Shown in pieces: positions 59,244 to 64,000 of a DNA stretch of 64,000 nt. The DNA lies in assembly GCA_963775255.1 (NCBI GenBank), contig CAVZIA010000008.1:1-64000 (forward strand), in the 5' to 3' direction. The first letter of the stretch is position 1. Each line of letters begins with the position of its first letter. Position numbers and translations under genes: made by a program. Below the pieces are notes generated by a model. That model was not told the origin of the DNA. It made no database searches and saw nothing but the letters and a program-made list of their open reading frames with translations. The DNA comes from an uncultured Thermoleophilia bacterium (GTDB taxonomy: Bacteria; Actinomycetota; Thermoleophilia; UBA2241).

Positions 59244-60084
59244 GGCCCATCAGCCCCCTGGGGCTCACAATGAGCACGATGATGGCGAGCAGGAAGGCGA
59301 CGCCGATGCTCCATTGGGACCCGAGCCACAGGGCTGTGAGGTTCTGCTGCAGGCCGATGATCATGCTGGCTACGAGCGATCCGGCGACGCTGCCCATGCC
59401 ACCGATGATCACGACGATGAAAGCGAAGGTCAGCGGGATCGAACCCATCGCCGGGTTGATGAAGGTGGTGGGAGCCACCAGGACGCCTGCCAACGCAGCC
59501 AGTCCAGTGGCGAGACCGAACGCGAGAGCGCTGATCTTCATCGCCGGGATGCCTTGGACGCGAGCTGCTTCGCTGTCTTCTGAGACAGCTCTCATCGCTT
59601 TGCCGTACTTCGCGTACTTGATGAACCAGGCGAGGCCGAGGATCGTGACCAGCGAGACGACGGCGATCAGCAGACGTTCGTTGGTGACGACAGCGCCGAA
59701 GATGTTTGACTGGCCATGTACCGGGGCCCCGACCGCGCGTGTGCGCGGGCCCCATACCTCCCAGGTGATGCTCTGGATGCCGATCGTCAGAGCGATGGCC
59801 GCAATGCACCCTCCGATGAGATCACCGTGGAAGCGACGGAAGACAAGCACCTCCAGGACCCATCCGACGACGCCGACCGCAACGATGGAGGCGGCGGCCG
59901 AGACCCAATATCCAAAGCCGACGGAGCTCGTCACGTAGTACAGAAAGACGGCGCCCAGCATGTAGAACTCACCGTGGGCGAAGTTCACTACGAGAAGTAT
60001 CCCGTAAATGAGGGTCAGCCCGATCCCCATCAACGCCAGCGTCAACCCAAGGACGATACTGTTCGCGATCACTTGTGCTGCCAT
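59236..60084 (-). CDS. livH: Branched-chain amino acid-type ABC transporter permease
   Basis: 'MAAQVIANSIVLGLTLALMGIGLTLIYG' LivH-like N-terminus. SD AAGGGAGAG. Confidence 0.8.
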   Translation of the reverse strand: MAAQVIANSIVLGLTLALMGIGLTLIYGILLVVNFAHGEFYMLGAVFLYYVTSSVGFGYWVSAAASIVAVGVVGWVLEVLVFRRFHGDLIGGCIAAIALTIGIQSITWEVWGPRTRAVGAPVHGQSNIFGAVVTNERLLIAVVSLVTILGLAWFIKYAKYGKAMRAVSEDSEAARVQGIPAMKISALAFGLATGLAALAGVLVAPTTFINPAMGSIPLTFAFIVVIIGGMGSVAGSLVASMIIGLQQNLTALWLGSQWSIGVAFLLAIIVLIVSPRGLMGHD

Positions 60085-60205
60085 ACTCTCTCCCTTTGGG
60101 GCCCGGCGCTCCGCCTCCAGCCGCCTCCTCGACCAAAGAGTGGTCGAGTCGACGTTCGGCTGAGCGCCGGGCCAGGTACCTACCCGAGTTCCCGCCGTCC
60201 TCCCG

Positions 60206-61450
60206 TCATTGCGCCGGGGACGGCGAAGGCGACATGGTCGCGCTGATTCGGGACGGCCAGCCCGTGTAGACGTTCGTGACGCTGCCGTTCTGGACTTCGA
60301 CGACCCCGATGGGCCGCTCCAGCAGATGGGGGATGCCGAGCACATCGGCGCCGCCGAACATCGTCTTGCCTGTGGTGCCGTCGACGCTCACCGTCGGCAG
60401 GGCCTTGTTGACGGCATCCGGGTCGACCGTGCCGGCCTTCGTGATCGCCGCCGCCAGAAGCAGGATGCTGTCGTAGTCGGCCGTGGGGCCCGTCGACTTG
60501 TCGCCCTGCGTCTTCTTCATGTAGTCCGTCTGCCAGGTCTTGCCCACGGCAGAGAGTTCGGTGTACACGGGAGCCCCAAGGAAGCCCTCGAGGGCCTTCC
60601 AGCCGGCGACCTTGGCGTAGTCGTCGATATTGGGAGCATCGGCATGCGCAAAGATGCCTTTGTAGCCAAGCTCGTGGGCCTGCTTGATGATGAGCGACGC
60701 GGCCTCAGGACCCGGCGAGGCGATATCGATGATGTCCACACCCTTCTTGATCAGGGGGGTCAGCACAGGGTAGTAGTCAGTCTCGTCGCCACTGATCTTC
60801 ACGGCGGGAAGCACATCAAACCCGATGGGCGTCACGTACTGCTGGAGATACTTGACTTCTTGAAGCGAAACCGCGTCGTCGGTCACGATCGGCACGACTG
60901 TCTGGAAGTCGGGGTGGATCTTCTTGGCGTAGGTGTAGAGCACCTGCAGGTTGTCGGGATAGTAGAACCAGCTGTTGTAGTTGTTCGGATGCTTGGGGCC
61001 TTGGCATATCGCATCGGACGCGGTGACGAACGTGAGAACGGTCGTCCCTCGCGTGGCGGCGTTCTCAGCGAGGACCTCCGGGCCCGACCACGACACGACG
61101 TAGCGGACGCCGTCGGCCACGGCCTTGCGCGCGACGGTCGCGGAAACGGCCGGATCCCACTGGTTGTCGTAGGCCTTGACCGCGAGCTTGTAGGTGTCGT
61201 TGCCTGCTTTGACTCCCCCCGCCGCGTTGATGTGATCGGCCGCCACCTGGATGCTGGCCAGCTCCGTCGTGCCCCAGAGCGCGCCGTCGCCAGAGAACGG
61301 CATGAGAACGCCGACGGTCAGCGTCTTGGTCGCGCCCGGACTTGACGAGTCTGTCGTCGATCCGCTTCCGCACGCCGCCAGCACGGCGGCCGCCGTCAGC
61401 GCCAACAGCGCTGCGGCAAGAACGATCCACACAGTCTTGCGTCTGCTCAT
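60206..61450 (-). CDS. Liv-family (type I periplasmic binding fold) ABC substrate-binding lipoprotein
   Basis: Signal peptide with lipobox 'VLAACGS' and LivK/ANF-receptor-like body. SD GGGAGGGGA. Confidence 0.75.
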   Translation of the reverse strand: MSRRKTVWIVLAAALLALTAAAVLAACGSGSTTDSSSPGATKTLTVGVLMPFSGDGALWGTTELASIQVAADHINAAGGVKAGNDTYKLAVKAYDNQWDPAVSATVARKAVADGVRYVVSWSGPEVLAENAATRGTTVLTFVTASDAICQGPKHPNNYNSWFYYPDNLQVLYTYAKKIHPDFQTVVPIVTDDAVSLQEVKYLQQYVTPIGFDVLPAVKISGDETDYYPVLTPLIKKGVDIIDIASPGPEAASLIIKQAHELGYKGIFAHADAPNIDDYAKVAGWKALEGFLGAPVYTELSAVGKTWQTDYMKKTQGDKSTGPTADYDSILLLAAAITKAGTVDPDAVNKALPTVSVDGTTGKTMFGGADVLGIPHLLERPIGVVEVQNGSVTNVYTGWPSRISATMSPSPSPAQ

Positions 61451-61527
61451 GATCCCCTCCCGGGACATGTCACTCCCCACGGCTCGCGCCGTCCTGGACC
61501 CGCTTCTTCGCTTGTTCACCCGGCCGC

Positions 61528-62874
61528 TCATCGTGGCGGCTCAATGGCAGCCACCAGCGGCTTGAGGATGTCGACGATCTCGTCTGCTTCGGCGATCGTC
61601 GTCGTGCACGGAGGCGCGATGACGATGCGGTTCGAGCCCATCTGGCGCAGGTGCAGACCGCGGCGCCGAGCCTCGTCCAAGACGGGCATGATCGGCGCCA
61701 GAGGCGGATCGAACATGGCCTTGGTCTCCTTGTCGGCGACGATCTCCATGGCCAGCATGAGGCCAAGCCCGCTGTGCGTGCCGACGCAGGGCATCGGCAT
61801 GAACTCGTTCTGGATACGATCCACGATGTGCCGGCCCACGCGGGTGGCGTTGCCGGCCACGTCCTCGTTCACATAGACGTCGATGGCGGCGATGGCGGCG
61901 GCACAGGGAGCCGGAGCGCCGCTGAAGGTGTACTGGTGCATCAGAGGCGTGCCCTTGAGCCCATCCCATATCCTGTCGTTGAAGGCGACGGCACCGAAGG
62001 GCAGGTAGCCGCTGGTGATGCCCTTCGACATGGCGATCATGTCCGGGACGACGTCCCAGTGATCGATACAGAACATCGTGCCCGTGCGGCAGAACCCGCA
62101 CATGACCTCGTCAGCGATCATGGTGACGTGGTACTCGTCGCAGATCTCGCGGATCAGCGGCCAATACTCGTCCGGCGGAACCAGGAATCCGGACGCGCCG
62201 AGCTCCGGTTCAGCGATGAACGCGGCGACGTTCTCCGGGCCTTCGGCCTCTATGACGGTAGCTAAGTGGCGCGCGCAGCGCATGTCGCACGACGGGTAGT
62301 CGAGGCCGAAGGGGCACCTGTAGCAGTAGTACGCCGGGATGTGGACATAGCCGGGAGCTTGCGGGCCGTAGCCCGCCTGCATGGCCGGGATCCCGGTCAT
62401 GTTCATCGGCCCGTTGCCGGTGCCGTGATAGCTCATATAGAGGCTGATGACCTTCTGCTTGGTCGCCTGACCCACAGCGGTCCAGTGGCGGCGCGCGAGC
62501 CTCACGGCCGCGTCGGTAGCCTCGCCGCCTCCGGAGGTGAACCAGAAGTGGTCCAAGTCACCGGGCGTGATCGTGGCCAGCTTCATCGCGCACTCGACCA
62601 TCGGCGTGCTCGAGTGCCCGTAGTACTGGCCTACGTGCTGCAGCTTGTCGAGCTGCTTCTGCGCCGCCTCGATGATCTCGCGGCGCCCATGCCCCAGATT
62701 GCAACTCACCATCTGCGACGAGGCGTCGAGGTACATCTTGCCCTCGGTATCCCAGAGCCTGACGCCCTCAGCGGTGTCGTAGATGATGCCGAGATTCTCT
62801 CCGAGAGGGATCTGCGCGTGCAGGATGTGCTCGCGGTCGTAAGTGACGAGTTCGTCCGTGCGCTTGCTGGCCAT
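61528..62874 (-). CDS. Class III (omega-type) PLP-dependent aminotransferase
   Basis: 'FTSGGGEATDAAVRLAR' glycine-rich PLP loop, 'IADEVMCGFCRTGTMF' and 'SKGITSGYLPFGA' Schiff-base lysine region. Confidence 0.8.
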   Translation of the reverse strand: MASKRTDELVTYDREHILHAQIPLGENLGIIYDTAEGVRLWDTEGKMYLDASSQMVSCNLGHGRREIIEAAQKQLDKLQHVGQYYGHSSTPMVECAMKLATITPGDLDHFWFTSGGGEATDAAVRLARRHWTAVGQATKQKVISLYMSYHGTGNGPMNMTGIPAMQAGYGPQAPGYVHIPAYYCYRCPFGLDYPSCDMRCARHLATVIEAEGPENVAAFIAEPELGASGFLVPPDEYWPLIREICDEYHVTMIADEVMCGFCRTGTMFCIDHWDVVPDMIAMSKGITSGYLPFGAVAFNDRIWDGLKGTPLMHQYTFSGAPAPCAAAIAAIDVYVNEDVAGNATRVGRHIVDRIQNEFMPMPCVGTHSGLGLMLAMEIVADKETKAMFDPPLAPIMPVLDEARRRGLHLRQMGSNRIVIAPPCTTTIAEADEIVDILKPLVAAIEPPR

Positions 62875-62882
62875 TCGGATGA

Positions 62883-63977
62883 TCACCGGTCCTTTCGGGC
62901 GGCCGCGGCCGGCCTGTCTGGAGGATGCTGGATCGCAGACGCAGTTCCGCACGAGGGCGCGGTCGAATCGCGCACCACGAGTTCGAACGGAACGCTTTGC
63001 GCCTTCGAGAAATCAGCGCCGTCCCTGATCGCGGAGAGCAGATGCCAGGCCGAGCAGCCGAGGTCGCGCGCCGGCACGCGGATGGTCGTGAGGGGCGGAT
63101 CGGCGTGAGATGCCATTGGCACGTCGTCCATGCCCACCACACTGACGTCCTGGGGTACCCGCAGCCCGTGGACGCGCAACCCGGAGACCACGCCGAACGC
63201 GACCTCGTCCGTCGCGGCGAAGGCGGCCGTGAATCCATCGACGCACGCGACCAGGTCGTCGACCGCCGTTGATCCACCGGTCAGCGACATCGGGGCCTGG
63301 ACGACGAGACCGTCGTCGATGGGGATGCCAGCGCGGTTGAGCGCCGCCCGATAGCCGTTGTGCCGGTCCTCCACCGTCGTCGAGTCGAGCGGGCCCCCGA
63401 CGAAAGCGATGCGCGTGTGCCCCAGCTCGATGAGGTGTCTGACCGCGCACTCGGCGGCCGCAGCGTCGTCGACCGCGACGTGTGGGATGTCGAGCTCGTA
63501 CCGGCCTACAGCCGCGACCGGGACCCCTTCAGACCGGAGGCGCTCAACGGCCTGGAAGACTCGCAGCGACTTGGCTGGGTCGCGGACCTGCCCGCCGACG
63601 AGGACGACTCCTGCGGGCTTCTGGCTGAGCATCATGGTGAGGTAGCTCTCCAACTTGACGGCGTCGCGGTCGTCGTTTCCGACCAGGACCACCAGGCCTT
63701 CGGCGACAGCCTCGTCCTGCAGTCCGCGGACGACGCCACTGAAGTACGGGTCGGTGATGTCGTGGACGATGGCTCCGACGAGGGAGCTGCGTCCGGTGAC
63801 GAGCGCGCGGGCGGCAAAGTCAGTCACATAGCCCAGAGCCTCGGCTGCCTCCCTCACCCTGGCGCTCGTCGGCTCGCTCACGGGGTACGCCGATCCGCTC
63901 AGGACACGAGAAGCTGTCCCGGAAGAGACTCCGGCGAGCCGGGCGACTTCGCGCAGTGAGACGCGCCTCGGCGTCAT
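62883..63977 (-). CDS. LacI-family transcriptional regulator
   Basis: HTH 'VSLREVARLAGVSSGTASRVLSG', followed by a periplasmic-binding-fold effector domain. Confidence 0.8.
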   Translation of the reverse strand: MTPRRVSLREVARLAGVSSGTASRVLSGSAYPVSEPTSARVREAAEALGYVTDFAARALVTGRSSLVGAIVHDITDPYFSGVVRGLQDEAVAEGLVVLVGNDDRDAVKLESYLTMMLSQKPAGVVLVGGQVRDPAKSLRVFQAVERLRSEGVPVAAVGRYELDIPHVAVDDAAAAECAVRHLIELGHTRIAFVGGPLDSTTVEDRHNGYRAALNRAGIPIDDGLVVQAPMSLTGGSTAVDDLVACVDGFTAAFAATDEVAFGVVSGLRVHGLRVPQDVSVVGMDDVPMASHADPPLTTIRVPARDLGCSAWHLLSAIRDGADFSKAQSVPFELVVRDSTAPSCGTASAIQHPPDRPAAAARKDR

Positions 63978-64000
63978 GAGAGGCCCAGCTTCCTCATCGC

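Overview
This is a high-GC (~70%+) actinobacterial-type chromosomal segment. Most of it is well-conserved core genes in recognisable actinobacterial synteny:
- A 5'-truncated DnaE2-like polymerase, convergent with a PknB-like PASTA Ser/Thr kinase. Upstream of the kinase, on the same strand, sit a membrane M48 metalloprotease with C-terminal zinc ribbons and a possible 31-aa Cys/His peptide ORF.
- A class I glutamine amidotransferase, a CinA-like protein, accC, a receiver-domain–GspE/PilB ATPase fusion, paaK, and copA with a CsoR-like operator.
- A Zur-box-controlled zur-znuACB operon and usp.
- The run ppx–DUF501–ftsB-like–eno–mazG–prsA-like–mfd.
- A secreted papain-like peptidase, PBP4/dacB, pth, rplY, prs, glmU, tRNA-Gln, ispE, ksgA, tatD, metG.
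- A LacI–class-III aminotransferase–livKHMGF cluster.

Embedded at about 22.6–32.8 kb is an accessory, apparently decaying segment ending at the 3' end of a tRNA-Leu(UAA). It contains a 22-nt poly-G tract, an acetyltransferase remnant, two tandem frameshifted VOC/glyoxalase copies, an SPFH protein, a HAD hydrolase, a frameshifted MerR/GyrI-like regulator, an amidase with frameshifts and an in-frame TAG, a frameshifted orphan peptide-binding SBP, an MFS transporter and a histidine-rich protein with a palindromic upstream site.

Noncoding signals include a three-copy dispersed repeat family (two tandem copies after copA, one inverted copy between ksgA and tatD), a 53-bp tandem duplication across the mazG start, and a cluster of CGTACG palindromes between convergent genes. 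I found no CRISPR array, transposase, integrase or rRNA. All functional calls come from motif recognition in the supplied translations, not from database searches.
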